Positions 1 to 9,047 are shown, counted from the whole stretch's first letter. The stretch: 62,432 nucleotides of DNA, filler included, from an uncultured bacterium (GCA_964471275.1; 14 parts of 14 records of this genome joined end to end with filler, not necessarily neighbours in it); one strand, 5' to 3'. Made by a program: numbers and translations. Notes: generated by a model not told the origin, from the letters alone.

Positions 1-4
1 GGAT

Positions 5-55
5 AAGTTGCGGGCAAACAACTCTTCCGTACGATCTTAGGTGACCCTCATTTCT
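5..55. repeat. 51-bp dispersed repeat, copy 1 (identical to 45209-45259); probable terminus of an unclassified mobile element
   Basis: AAGTTGCGGGCAAACAACTCTTCCGTACGATCTTAGGTGACCCTCATTTCT occurs identically at both positions, at the window start and near a contig end, with different flanks. Confidence 0.85.
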
Positions 56-173
56 AATGATGATTGTACAGCTTACGGTGACTTTCCACGCTGTGAGAGC
101 GGCGAGGATGGACTCGGTGAAGGCGCTGAGATACGAGTAGGGTCGAGAATTGAGAAGAAAGGATCGAGAGGCA

Positions 174-275
174 GTCATCCTGAACTTGCGAAGGATCCCT
201 CTGCGTTCTGCAACGGCCTCTTCGACAGGAGGGCCCTGGACAGGGAGAGATTCTTCGCCCTTGGCTCAGGATGAC
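174..275. repeat. REP-like palindromic element (GTCATCCTGA...GAAGGATC...GATTCTTC...TCAGGATGAC type)
   Basis: Outer inverted repeat GTCATCCTGA (174-183) / TCAGGATGAC (266-275); inner GCGAAGGATC / GATTCTTCGC; lies just 3' of the uxuA-like gene. Confidence 0.7.
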
Positions 276-278
276 AGG

Positions 279-1337
279 CTAGCGAGGAACGGGGTCGCCG
301 GCTTCGTTGTTGACGGCCTGTAGAAGTGCTCGCATGTAGGCGATCGAATAGGCGATCCCGGCTCGCCGGCCACCGAGAAGAGCCGGTATGTGGTCGGGAA
401 TAACAGCGCCGTCGAACTCGGCCTCCCGAAGCGTCTTCATTACAACGTGCATGTCCATGTATCCGTCATCCATCAGTGTCTCTGCCCACGGTTCGGGCAT
501 CGGGTTTGTGACGTTTCGGAAGTGGACCTTGAACAGCTTCTTCCGCTCTGCGAAATAACGGATAGCTCCTGGCACATCGACACCCATGCCCTTCTCGCCA
601 CCTTCAAGCCAGCAGCCGACACACAGACAAACACCGATGTTCGGGCTGTCAGCCAGGTCCATCGCCTGCTTGTATCCGGCGAAGGTTCCGAAGATGCATC
701 GTGGGATTCCGCCCAGCGCATAGACGGGCGGGTCATCCGGATGGATACCGATGTAGACGCCTGCCTCCTCTGCAACCGGAGCGATCTGCTTGATCATGTA
801 CTCGTAGTTCTTCCAGAGTTCATCCTCGGTATACTTGCGCTCGTGCGTGAGCCCACCCTCGAACGTCACTTTACCCCACCGCCCGACTGCGTTCTTGATG
901 TCGAGCGTGCGCGCATCCATTCCACCCCGTCCTGTCGTTCGTCCGGAGCTCCAGATCCCGTTCCCCATGTGTGCGTATGTGTTGTAGGGGATGCCCGCTT
1001 CGCCGAGGTTGCGGATGAAAGTCGCGAACTCTTCGACCTTTTCATCACGGCCAGGCAGATTGAGGGTGACCTCGGGCATGTTGTGTACACTGCTGTTTGT
1101 GATCCGGTAAATCTGGAGATCGTACTCAGCAAAGCGAGCCTTCAGATGCTTGTAGTAGTCTGCGTTCTGGTTCTCAAGATCCGAAACACCGACCATCATC
1201 CACTCGACACCCATCTGCTGGATAAACTGGAGGTCCTCGTCCGTGGCGCTGTCGCCGCATTGGGCGGCGAGCTGGATGCCCGGGTAGTTGGAATGGAATC
1301 CAGGAACTGATCTGAGTGCATACGGTTTGTCTGACAT
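279..1337 (-). CDS. Mannonate dehydratase (UxuA) family protein
   Basis: 352 aa; IHPDDPP, CxGC, VHFRNV and IPDHIP motifs of the UxuA TIM-barrel family; RBS GAGGA upstream. Confidence 0.8.
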   Translation of the reverse strand: MSDKPYALRSVPGFHSNYPGIQLAAQCGDSATDEDLQFIQQMGVEWMMVGVSDLENQNADYYKHLKARFAEYDLQIYRITNSSVHNMPEVTLNLPGRDEKVEEFATFIRNLGEAGIPYNTYAHMGNGIWSSGRTTGRGGMDARTLDIKNAVGRWGKVTFEGGLTHERKYTEDELWKNYEYMIKQIAPVAEEAGVYIGIHPDDPPVYALGGIPRCIFGTFAGYKQAMDLADSPNIGVCLCVGCWLEGGEKGMGVDVPGAIRYFAERKKLFKVHFRNVTNPMPEPWAETLMDDGYMDMHVVMKTLREAEFDGAVIPDHIPALLGGRRAGIAYSIAYMRALLQAVNNEAGDPVPR

Positions 1338-1516
1338 TGATTCCTCTCAAGCGTGGTGCTGTTGTGATAAGAGACCGGTGTCACTCTGAGTGAGGTCTCG
1401 GTGGTCAGGAGAGCCAATCGCCCTTCGATACGGTTGCTTGCCTGACTGCTGAAACCGGAGACGTCAGTTGATGACTGATGGACCTACCCAGGATAATCAG
1501 TGATCTGGTATGTCGG

Positions 1517-3931
1517 CTAGAGGTCGCTGGTTTCCAGGAGTTTCCAGGTATTGCCGCCATCAGCAGACATGATCGTCTTTCGGCGACCGCTTCCCCCGCC
1601 TCTTCCGCGGCCCGGGGTGTTGCCGAAGTGATCCATTCGGTAAAACCAGAAGGTGGACCAATAGTCGAATGAGACGAAGAGTCGTCCCTCGCGATCGATG
1701 GTCAGGCGGTGATACCAGATGCTGTATTCAGTGAAGGGGGCGATGGCAAGACGCTTCATTGGTTCCCAGACACCATCCTTCATCTTGCGTTTGTAGGCCA
1801 GATTTGCGTAGTGGCTCTCAGGATGATACTCGCCATCGCTCTTCCAGGTCCGGAAGACGAGATGCAACGTGTCATCCGGATCGCAGACAAGACCGATGTA
1901 GGTGGAGCGAAGCTCCTCTTCGACGCGTTCGGGCACGGTGAACCCGCCGTGGGCGGTGTCGGGTTCGAGCGATTTTGCGTAGACGAAAGGCTGACCGTGT
2001 GTGCCGGTCAAAGTGTGTAGGTATCCCTCGCTGTCGATCGCGATGCTCGGGGTGTTGTGGACGTCGTTGGCGGGAGGACCAAAGCCGATGAAGACGCTTT
2101 CTCCGAGGAGACGGCCCTCATCTCGGTCATAGGTAGCGACGTAGGCCGGTACGCCCGGTTCATCGCCGTCAGGATCAGTCGCTTCTCCCCAGACGATATG
2201 CACGCGATGCCCACGTGAAACGACTGCGGAGGGAATGCCGGAGTGAGAGGATATTCCGATGGCCTGCGTGGACAACAGAATCGGATCGCCTATAACGAGT
2301 GAGCCGTTGACGATTTCCGGCAGAAACAGCTCAAGATCGTTGACGTGCCGCCAGAAGCGGCTGGGGTCATATTCGCCGGTCTCCGTTGCCCGGACGAATG
2401 GCGCCGGACCGCGCGGCGTGTTCTGCCCGGCGAATTGCTCGATGTCCCACTGCTGTCTGCTGGCATCACGATCTGGGGCAGGTGTCGCGGTGAACGTGCT
2501 GCCTCCATCTGTCGAGTAGAGATAGGCGATGCCTTCCAACGATCGGCCCAGCAGACATACCTCTCCATTCTCACCAAAGGCAACTTTTGTAGAAACTGCC
2601 CGGAAGCGTTCTCCTTCCACGGTGTCTGTGAACTCCCCCCCCCCCCTCCCGAGTCGCCGCAGGCCGTCGTCCACACGAATGAACGGACGGTTGTCCGGAG
2701 CGAAGTAGATCTGGTTCTCGTTCGGGTAGTCCGGTGTGTAGGCAAACTGCTCGTTCTCGTGCTCGTAGGCACGGTAGACCATTGGACCGTCGAGCGTGAG
2801 TTGATCGGCCTGCCCGATCCGTGCTTCCAGCGTCGACCAGGTGGTGATCTCCGGGTGATTTGTGGATGTTGTCGTGATGCGGGAGGTCAGGACGTCGCCT
2901 GTCTGTGCATCATCCGGTATGGCGATCGTCGCCTGTAGCGTCGCGGTCGCACCCGCCTCGAGAGACACCGCACTCAGAGACAACTGCACATCCATGTCAG
3001 TCCCACTGACCGTCACGTTGAGCGTATCGGTATGATCGCTGTTGTTGTGGAGACGAAAATCGACCGTGTGGGTGGTTGATGCCGCGGCGTGGAATGCGTG
3101 ACTGTAAGGAGCCAGCATCCAACGAAGGGCGGGCAGGGAGAAGAAGCTCTCTACGGTAGGTGACCACAGAGAGAGGTTTTCAAGTCGCTCACCGGACTCC
3201 CAGCGCGTCACGCCATCGATGTGTACGGTGGCGACTGCCTGAGGGAAATGGAGACGCCAGGGCGAGTCGGTTCGATCGCCCGCAGGGATCGTGTAGGAGG
3301 CGATTTGGCCACTGGCTACCTCCAGGTCGGCCACGTGATCCCCCTGAGAGTCGAAGAGCGATGGGGAGGCTGTGCCCTCTGGTAGGTCACCCAATTCGAT
3401 TTCGATCGGACCTGTGCGGGCGGTGAAACAGATGTCGCCTGCAGTGCCCGGGCTGTCGAGGACTATCGGCTCCAGATGCCGGGCATCTTTATGTCCGCCT
3501 GAGGTTTCGATCAGATAACGTTCGCAGTTTGTTGAAAACCCCCACCGGATGTTCTCACCATAACGATCGTGTGTGACCGTTACGTTCAGAGCAAAGATGC
3601 CCGTCTGATCCACCTGGGTCGTTAGAGTCGCCGCTGAAGGACCTCCAGGACCGGACCCCTTGCCCTTTCCGTCGTCCAGTAAGACCGCCTCGCCGAGGTT
3701 CTCACGGTCAGGCCCAAGGAGGATTGCCCGCAGGTTTGTCGGGTTGTTTCGAGTGTTCAGATCGCGTTTCCAAATTTCTATTCGCAGCTCACCAGGTTCC
3801 GCCAGGAAATAGACACCCCCCACGCCGCCAATCGCCATTTCTTCCTGTCCCATCTTGCTTTCTCCGATCTTCCCCCATACCGGCTGGCACAGAATTATTA
3901 CAACCACGCACACCTTGAGACACCTGACCAT
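1517..3931 (-). CDS. Secreted BNR-4/Asp-box repeat protein (sialidase-like beta-propeller)
   Basis: 804 aa; N-terminal signal peptide; Asp-boxes YSTDGGSTF and MSADGGNTW; DVHNTPSIAIDSEGYLH motif typical of BNR_4 proteins. Confidence 0.75.
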   Translation of the reverse strand: MVRCLKVCVVVIILCQPVWGKIGESKMGQEEMAIGGVGGVYFLAEPGELRIEIWKRDLNTRNNPTNLRAILLGPDRENLGEAVLLDDGKGKGSGPGGPSAATLTTQVDQTGIFALNVTVTHDRYGENIRWGFSTNCERYLIETSGGHKDARHLEPIVLDSPGTAGDICFTARTGPIEIELGDLPEGTASPSLFDSQGDHVADLEVASGQIASYTIPAGDRTDSPWRLHFPQAVATVHIDGVTRWESGERLENLSLWSPTVESFFSLPALRWMLAPYSHAFHAAASTTHTVDFRLHNNSDHTDTLNVTVSGTDMDVQLSLSAVSLEAGATATLQATIAIPDDAQTGDVLTSRITTTSTNHPEITTWSTLEARIGQADQLTLDGPMVYRAYEHENEQFAYTPDYPNENQIYFAPDNRPFIRVDDGLRRLGRGGGEFTDTVEGERFRAVSTKVAFGENGEVCLLGRSLEGIAYLYSTDGGSTFTATPAPDRDASRQQWDIEQFAGQNTPRGPAPFVRATETGEYDPSRFWRHVNDLELFLPEIVNGSLVIGDPILLSTQAIGISSHSGIPSAVVSRGHRVHIVWGEATDPDGDEPGVPAYVATYDRDEGRLLGESVFIGFGPPANDVHNTPSIAIDSEGYLHTLTGTHGQPFVYAKSLEPDTAHGGFTVPERVEEELRSTYIGLVCDPDDTLHLVFRTWKSDGEYHPESHYANLAYKRKMKDGVWEPMKRLAIAPFTEYSIWYHRLTIDREGRLFVSFDYWSTFWFYRMDHFGNTPGRGRGGGSGRRKTIMSADGGNTWKLLETSDL

Positions 3932-4131
3932 CTCGACCTTTCGCTATCGTTCGAGTCACATATATGTGTCGCCTAAACCCGACAGGCAAGCAGCTTCGCA
4001 GGCCCACCAAACGGTATTACCCGCGTCGCGCTCTTCGGAAGTGTCTGATAATAATGCGTTTGCCGCTGAGATTCGATTTGCCAATATAAGCAATGACATC
4101 ATACAAAGTTGCTTGAGACCGGGAGGATCGT

Positions 4132-4479
4132 ATGGTCTGGATAATGGTCGCATTGATTCTCGGGTCGATTGGTTTTGCCGCCTCGACAGTCATGAAGTAC
4201 AAGGCCTAGCTCGATGACGTACAGCCCAGATTTAATCGTGTGCGTTCGGCAGCGGATAAACTGAAAAAGGGCGTTGAAGTGGAGACGTCTCGTAAGCACG
4301 ACGATGAAGACAAACGAAGTGCACTCTTGAAGCGGATAACCGATCACAAGACGCGGGTTGCCGAAGTCAGAAGGAGCATCATCGAGGCGGAGAAGGAGCA
4401 GGAGGAACTCGAGATGGCCATGTACAAGAAGGAATTCAAGAAAACGCGACAGGAGGCAGCTTGGGCCCACTTGAACTGA
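4132..4479 (+). pseudogene. Small single-TM plus coiled-coil protein interrupted by an in-frame TAG (4207-4209)
   Basis: GGAGG RBS then ATG 4132: MVWIMVALILGSIGFAASTVMKYKA*LDDVQPRFNRVRSAADKLKK..., continuing in frame into the 4240-4479 coiled-coil ORF. Confidence 0.65.
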
Positions 4480-4598
4480 CTGCGGTCGTATTCCTCGGCC
4501 TGGTACTGGGCGTGAAATGGTTCACGCAGCTCCACTCAACACGTCTTGCCGAGCGCCTCACCGTGGCCGAGAACGACGAGGCAAGGTTCCGAGCGTAG
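4461..4598 (+). pseudogene. Second small TM plus coiled-coil protein, truncated at an IS end
   Basis: AGGAGG RBS, TTG 4461: MGPLELTAVVFLGLVLGVKWFTQLHSTRLAERLTVAENDEARFRA*; the stop codon lies within an IS-end-like sequence. Confidence 0.5.
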
Positions 4599-4662
4599 TG
4601 GTCCCCACAAAGCGAGACGTTTTCAAGCTGCCATTAGAGTTGATTGATGTGCTTCATTCACT
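4594..4662 (-). mobile_element. Probable IS right-end remnant at the contig end
   Basis: Minus strand reads ...HQSTLMAA* then AAACGTCTCGCTTTGTGGGGACCACTACG, the typical layout of a transposase tail followed by a terminal repeat. Confidence 0.45.
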
Positions 4663-4762
4663 NNNNNNNNNNNNNNNNNNNNNNNNNNNNNNNNNNNNNN
4701 NNNNNNTTAATTAATTAANNNNNNNNNNNNNNNNNNNNNNNNNNNNNNNNNNNNNNNNNNNN
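4663..4762. other. Artificial contig linker, first of 13 (others at 9399, 14113, 18700, 23211, 27664, 32104, 36526, 40916, 45293, 49651, 53943, 58213; each 100 nt)
   Basis: N-run + TTAATTAATTAA (stops in all six frames) + N-run; contig lengths fall monotonically. Confidence 0.98.
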
Positions 4763-4945
4763 GTTCCCTGACACCGAGATGGCGAGCAGCCTAGATGATA
4801 GTCTTGCCCTCGGAGATCAGAATCTCAGCCTGTCGGAGATGACCGATGATCTGTTCTGCTGTGTAACGCTTCCTTGCCAGGATGACCCCTTTCTATGTCC
4901 CATATCCTAACTTTAGAACTGGTAACATTCTAGGGGGGCAGGTCA
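4763..4945 (-). mobile_element. IS3 family (IS407-group-like) left end with degenerate orfA start
   Basis: IRL TGACCTGCCCCCCTAGAATGTTACCAG...; ARKRYTAEQIIGHLRQAEILISEGKTII* (in-frame TAG); homologous to 23346-23452 and the left end of 27764-28482. Confidence 0.85.
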
Positions 4946-5019
4946 TAGGATGCCATCCCGATGCTTTCGGGCGGTTGCGTCGATGCGTGCGTTCTTCTCG
5001 AGCTGAGCGATCTGTTCGC

Positions 5020-5230
5020 CCCTGATCCCAATCGGCTTGGGCAGCTCAGTTCTGAATCGCCTGTGCTGACGGCTCGAACTCGCACGACAACTCTTCGGGA
5101 GTGCGACCAGCGTGGATCATCTCTACTATCGAGCCTTGAACTCAGATGGGTACGGCGGGCGTGACTTGGGCATCTTGACATCCTCCAGTTCCGAAAGATA
5201 AAGGATGTCTACTAAAGCGGGTCAACTCTA
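5020..5230 (-). mobile_element. Degenerate IS3-family left end and orfA pseudogene (a different element)
   Basis: End TAGAGTTGACCCGCTTTAGTAGACA; RBS GGAGG; ATG 5173 MPKSRPPYPSEFKAR/frameshift/IVEMIHAGRTPEELSCEFEPSAQAIQN*, an IS3 OrfA HTH. Confidence 0.75.
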
Positions 5231-5281
5231 GGCAGACGGTAAAGGGCAAAGGGCAGAGATCTTGTGTGATCCCGCGTCCTG

Positions 5282-6151
5282 TTACTCGATGTTGGGGCGC
5301 TTTGTCCGTTTGCCGGATTTCTGCGACTTCTCGAGGGCTTCAAGGACAGCGACGGGCATCAGGATCGATTCACGTGTTTCGTCTGTCTTGCCAGTTTTGA
5401 ACATTCGGCAGAATGCGCGGATTCCCGTGAGGTAGGTGTTGTCGTCGTAATTGATGGTCCGGTCGAGGCGGCCTTTCTCGCCGATCGCCGAGAGATGGAA
5501 GGCCGGTCGGCCTTCGCTGATCAAGTTCATCGTGGAAATTGCGCCACCTGCAGAGTAGAGGGTCGCGGTGTGATTCGCCTTGCCGCGATTCAGTTCTGCG
5601 TGTGTGACATCCCAGCCGAGCAAACGGACGACCATGTCAACCTGGTGAATGCCGTAGAAGAAGACGCCACCGTGTTTGGATTTAATATCGCACGGGCCCG
5701 TTGAGACGATTGACTGAATTTTGCCCAATTTGCGGGCGTCCCTCGCGAACTCAGCAAATGCAGCCTGCTTGGGGAGAACCGAGAATGAGGTGACTGGTAC
5801 CTTGAGCCTGGCCGCTCGGTCAAGGAATTCCCGACCTTCCTTGACCCGGTAGCTGAACGGTTTGTCGACGAAAAGCGGAATTTTCGCTTCCAAGAGTGGG
5901 CGCACGGCAGGCAGGTGGTATCTGGCGTGACGATGATCGACTAGGGCGGCGTTAATCTCACCGATCATGTCAGACGGGTCCGCTACGATCGTGGGGATCT
6001 GACCGCGATCCTGCGCGTCCCGTGCATACTTTCGCGATTCGCCCCAGACGCTTACGACACGACAGCCAGAGACGCGCTTCTCGATGTTCAGTGTCTTGGC
6101 GATGGCTAAGGTGTGGCTGTTTTCTGCTCCGACAACTCCGATGCGGATCAT
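5282..6151 (-). CDS. Gfo/Idh/MocA family oxidoreductase
   Basis: N-terminal Rossmann IRIGVVG; VDKP motif; FFYGIH catalytic region. Confidence 0.85.
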   Translation of the reverse strand: MIRIGVVGAENSHTLAIAKTLNIEKRVSGCRVVSVWGESRKYARDAQDRGQIPTIVADPSDMIGEINAALVDHRHARYHLPAVRPLLEAKIPLFVDKPFSYRVKEGREFLDRAARLKVPVTSFSVLPKQAAFAEFARDARKLGKIQSIVSTGPCDIKSKHGGVFFYGIHQVDMVVRLLGWDVTHAELNRGKANHTATLYSAGGAISTMNLISEGRPAFHLSAIGEKGRLDRTINYDDNTYLTGIRAFCRMFKTGKTDETRESILMPVAVLEALEKSQKSGKRTKRPNIE

Positions 6152-6239
6152 AGTTTGGCTCCCGTTGCGTTTGAGCTAGGCCTCAGTGTCTCGTTCAGGC
6201 AGTTGGCGAACGGTACAAGATCTCCCGGGGATGATGGCG

Positions 6240-7493
6240 TCAGCTCCACAGTCGATCATTTACGTGCTCCTCGTCCCACTCTGACGTGGGTTCAAAGTAG
6301 CCCGGGTGATCGGGATCGATATGCGCTTTTACCACTTCCTCATTCAAGCCAATACCCAACCCCGGCGCCTCGGGAACGTCAATGTAGCCGTTCTGGATGA
6401 TCGGATCAGGCAAGCCTGTGACGAGGTGGTTCCACTCCGGGTAATCCACTGCGTGGTTCTCGAGAACGGTGAAGTTCTCGGTGGCGGCAGCACAGTGCAC
6501 GCTTGCCATCTGCGCCACCGGTGTTGCGGCCATGTGCATGGCCATCGCAACGCCGTATTCCTGGGCGTAGTCGCCGATCTTCTTGGTTTCGGTGATGCCC
6601 CCCGAGGTGGCGAGGTCTGGATGGATGACAGCGACCGCTCGCTTCTCCAGGAGATCACGGAAGCCCTCTTTCAGGTAGATGTCTTCGCCAGTGCAGATCG
6701 GTGTGTCACACGAATTCGTGAGACGTACATACTGGTCGGTGAACTGCCAGGGCACCATGTCCTCATACCAGGCGAGATTGAACCGGTCGAGTCTCTTGCC
6801 GAGCTTGATGCAGGATTCGATCCCGATGTGACCGAAATGATCGGAGGCGAGCGGGATCTCATAGCCGACCATACTGCGCACCGTCTCGACATACTCGACC
6901 AGCCAATCGCATCCTTTTTCGGTCAGGTGAATACCCGTGAAAGGATGCATCACATTTTCGGTTTGTAGCATGCCAGCCGGCACAGATACTGCGCCCTCGA
7001 CGCCTTTTAGCAGACCGATACCAATGTCCATTTTCAGGAACGTGAATCCGTCCTCCACGCGTGCCCTGAGACGCCGACCCATCTCCTCGGCATCCTGAGA
7101 TGTATTCGTGTCGCAATAGACGCGAACCTTGTCTCTGAATTTTCCTCCCACCAGCTGATAGGCGGGTACCCCGTATGCCTTGCCTGCCAGATCCATCAGC
7201 GCCATCTCCACGGCGCAGACGCCGCCGCCCTGTCTGGCGTGCCCCCCGAACTGTTTGATGAGCCTGAAGACCTTGTCGACATTGCACGGATTCTCGCCGA
7301 CGATCTTGCGTTTCAGCATCAGCGCGTAGGCTACGCTCGCCCCGTCACGGATCTCCCCGAGACCGTAGATGCCCTGGTTCGTGTCCAGGCGGATCAGGTT
7401 GCAGCGCATCGGGATGCCCTTCAGCCGGACGATACGCATATCCGTGATCCTGAGGTCGGATGGGCGGGATGCAGTGTTGTTGGGTTCAACCAT
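6240..7493 (-). CDS. Mandelate racemase/muconate lactonizing enzyme family (enolase superfamily; probable sugar-acid dehydratase)
   Basis: 417 aa; EMALMDLAGKAYGVP, LKMD, WYED, TGED and HPD motifs. Confidence 0.88.
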   Translation of the reverse strand: MVEPNNTASRPSDLRITDMRIVRLKGIPMRCNLIRLDTNQGIYGLGEIRDGASVAYALMLKRKIVGENPCNVDKVFRLIKQFGGHARQGGGVCAVEMALMDLAGKAYGVPAYQLVGGKFRDKVRVYCDTNTSQDAEEMGRRLRARVEDGFTFLKMDIGIGLLKGVEGAVSVPAGMLQTENVMHPFTGIHLTEKGCDWLVEYVETVRSMVGYEIPLASDHFGHIGIESCIKLGKRLDRFNLAWYEDMVPWQFTDQYVRLTNSCDTPICTGEDIYLKEGFRDLLEKRAVAVIHPDLATSGGITETKKIGDYAQEYGVAMAMHMAATPVAQMASVHCAAATENFTVLENHAVDYPEWNHLVTGLPDPIIQNGYIDVPEAPGLGIGLNEEVVKAHIDPDHPGYFEPTSEWDEEHVNDRLWS

Positions 7494-7595
7494 TGGGGGT
7501 CTCCTGTTGTGAGCGCGTGCTGGGATCTGCTGGTAGCGGGAGTGCGAGTTGTGTGTTTGGTGGGTGTAGAGGGGAGCGTTGTGTGCCCCAAGCTC

Positions 7596-8018
7596 TCACT
7601 CTGGCTCCGGTTGCCCGGGGCCGTCCCTCTCCCGCTGGTGGGAGAGGGATTTGGCTTTCTGTTTGATTTGGTTGAGGACGACCTGAAGATGGTCCTCTAT
7701 ATCCGTGTTGGTGAAGCGAATGATCGTATAGCCTTGCTCAACCAGCCATTCGTCGCGGACGTGGTCGTGGATTGCCTGGTCGCCTTCATTATGGACCGAT
7801 CCATCGACTTCGACGATCAGCTTGAGATGCGGGCAACAGAAATCGGCGATTGCCCACTGGATCGGGTGTTGTATTCTAAACTTGAGGCCGTCTTGCTCCT
7901 GCCCACGGACTGCGTCCCAGAGCGCGTCCTCTGCAAGCGTCTGCGGCTTCTGGAATTCCTTTGTCCGCTCCCGCAGCTCAGGTGGTTCTCTCCAATTGTG
8001 TCGCTTCGAATCCGCCAT
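7596..8018 (-). CDS. DUF559 / Vsr-like endonuclease domain protein
   Basis: QTLAEDALW...GLKFRIQHPI...ADFCC...LIVEVDGSVH...RDEWL...GYTIIRFTN; ATG 8018 preferred over GTG 8036. Confidence 0.88.
   Translation of the reverse strand: MADSKRHNWREPPELRERTKEFQKPQTLAEDALWDAVRGQEQDGLKFRIQHPIQWAIADFCCPHLKLIVEVDGSVHNEGDQAIHDHVRDEWLVEQGYTIIRFTNTDIEDHLQVVLNQIKQKAKSLSHQRERDGPGQPEPE
7624..7649. repeat. REP-like hairpin TCCCTCTCCC-N6-GGGAGAGGGA at the 3' end of the DUF559 gene
   Basis: 10-bp inverted repeat of the CCCTCTCCC/GGGAGAGGG class. Confidence 0.75.
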
Positions 8019-8019
8019 A

Positions 8020-8093
8020 CGCGGTCCATCCCTCACCGTCCTACTCCTCTCCCCCCAGCGGGAGAGGAGTAGGACGGTGAGGGATGGACCGCG
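8020..8093. repeat. Perfect 34-bp inverted repeat (6-nt loop) immediately upstream of the DUF559 start
   Basis: CGCGGTCCATCCCTCACCGTCCTACTCCTCTCCC (8020-8053) and its exact reverse complement (8060-8093). Confidence 0.92.
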
Positions 8094-8119
8094 CGATCAG
8101 TGCTACGCATCCAGAATAC

Positions 8120-8950
8120 CTACGCCAATCCCTCCGTCTCCAGATTGTGCGTCTTCCCCCATTCCGTGAAGTCCTCTTCCATCGGGTCGGACCACTTTCG
8201 ATCAACCTCGCCGGGCGTGTAGATGCCCTCCCGGATTCGCATCTGGCCGAAATAGTCTCTCAGTCGGACGTTCTCGGATCGCTCGACCACGTCCTGCGCC
8301 AGATGGGGTGGGACGAAGGCGACACCCGTGGGGGTGCCGAGTACGACATCGCCCGGCAGACAGGTCGCGGCCCCTATGCGAATCGGGACGTTGATTTCTA
8401 TGAGGGAAACATCTCGAATAGGTGTTGGATCGAGACCTTTGATGAAGCCGTTGAAGTTGTCGAGTTCGACAACTCGCTGGTAGTCGCGCATACCGCCATC
8501 GACTACCATACCGCCACCTTGCGTGTTTGCTGCGATGGCGGTGGCAAGGTTGTCACCCGCGAAGGTTCCCCACACGATCTTGCCGAAGAGGTCAACCACG
8601 ATGACGTCGTTTTCAACAAGCGTGTCGATCGCCCAGGAATTTTGCCCGCCCACGCGCCCTTCCTGCTTGCCGACTTCTTCAATGACTTCATTGAGGTCAG
8701 GACGAGATGGGACATAGCGACAGGTGACCGCGCGACCGACCAGAATCTGATCGGGGTGGAGGATTTGCCAGTCGCCCTCGAACTGGAGTTTGTAGTCGTT
8801 TGAGCTGAGGACACCCCAGGCTTCCTCGCTGGTGACACGCTTCATCCGGTGAATGAGGTCATCCGGGACCTTCGGGCGTCCGTCGTCGAAGCGGTCGAAG
8901 GGGTTCTTGGGTGTGAGGTCGACGATCTTCTGTTTGTCGTTCCAGTTCAA
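8120..8950 (-). CDS. RraA family protein (HMG/CHA aldolase-like)
   Basis: GRAVT, FAGDNLA, VVDGGMRD and PGDVVLG motifs; TTG 8950 with AGGAG RBS preferred over the 9040 start. Confidence 0.85.
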   Translation of the reverse strand: MNWNDKQKIVDLTPKNPFDRFDDGRPKVPDDLIHRMKRVTSEEAWGVLSSNDYKLQFEGDWQILHPDQILVGRAVTCRYVPSRPDLNEVIEEVGKQEGRVGGQNSWAIDTLVENDVIVVDLFGKIVWGTFAGDNLATAIAANTQGGGMVVDGGMRDYQRVVELDNFNGFIKGLDPTPIRDVSLIEINVPIRIGAATCLPGDVVLGTPTGVAFVPPHLAQDVVERSENVRLRDYFGQMRIREGIYTPGEVDRKWSDPMEEDFTEWGKTHNLETEGLA

Positions 8951-9047
8951 GTGGTTGCTCCTGGCTGGTGATGAAACCGCTGAGGACGCAGAGGACACAG
9001 AAGGTCGCGTCCGAACGTCAGACTTAAACGGTTTGGACAAGTGCTGG

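Noticed and set aside
5..55. 51-bp repeat as a CRISPR repeat
   Set aside because: Only one copy per contig, no repeat-spacer periodicity and no cas genes in the window.
1338..1516. Riboswitch in the leader of the uxuA-like gene
   Set aside because: Short hairpins exist (GAGACC/GGTCTC, TCACTC/GAGTGA) but match no aptamer I recognise and could arise by chance.
4207..4209. Amber recoding (pyrrolysine or an alternative genetic code) suggested by in-frame TAGs at 4207, 61611, 62080 and in an IS orfA
   Set aside because: TAG terminates conserved genes at their normal ends (glnK, amtB), internal TAA and TGA stops also occur, and the affected genes show other damage. Pseudogenisation or sequencing error is simpler.
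4663..4762. Regularly recurring TTAATTAATTAA motif as a biological repeat or array
   Set aside because: Always embedded in N-runs of fixed length; it is an artificial six-frame-stop contig linker. ORFs ending in X runs and any synteny across linkers are artefacts.
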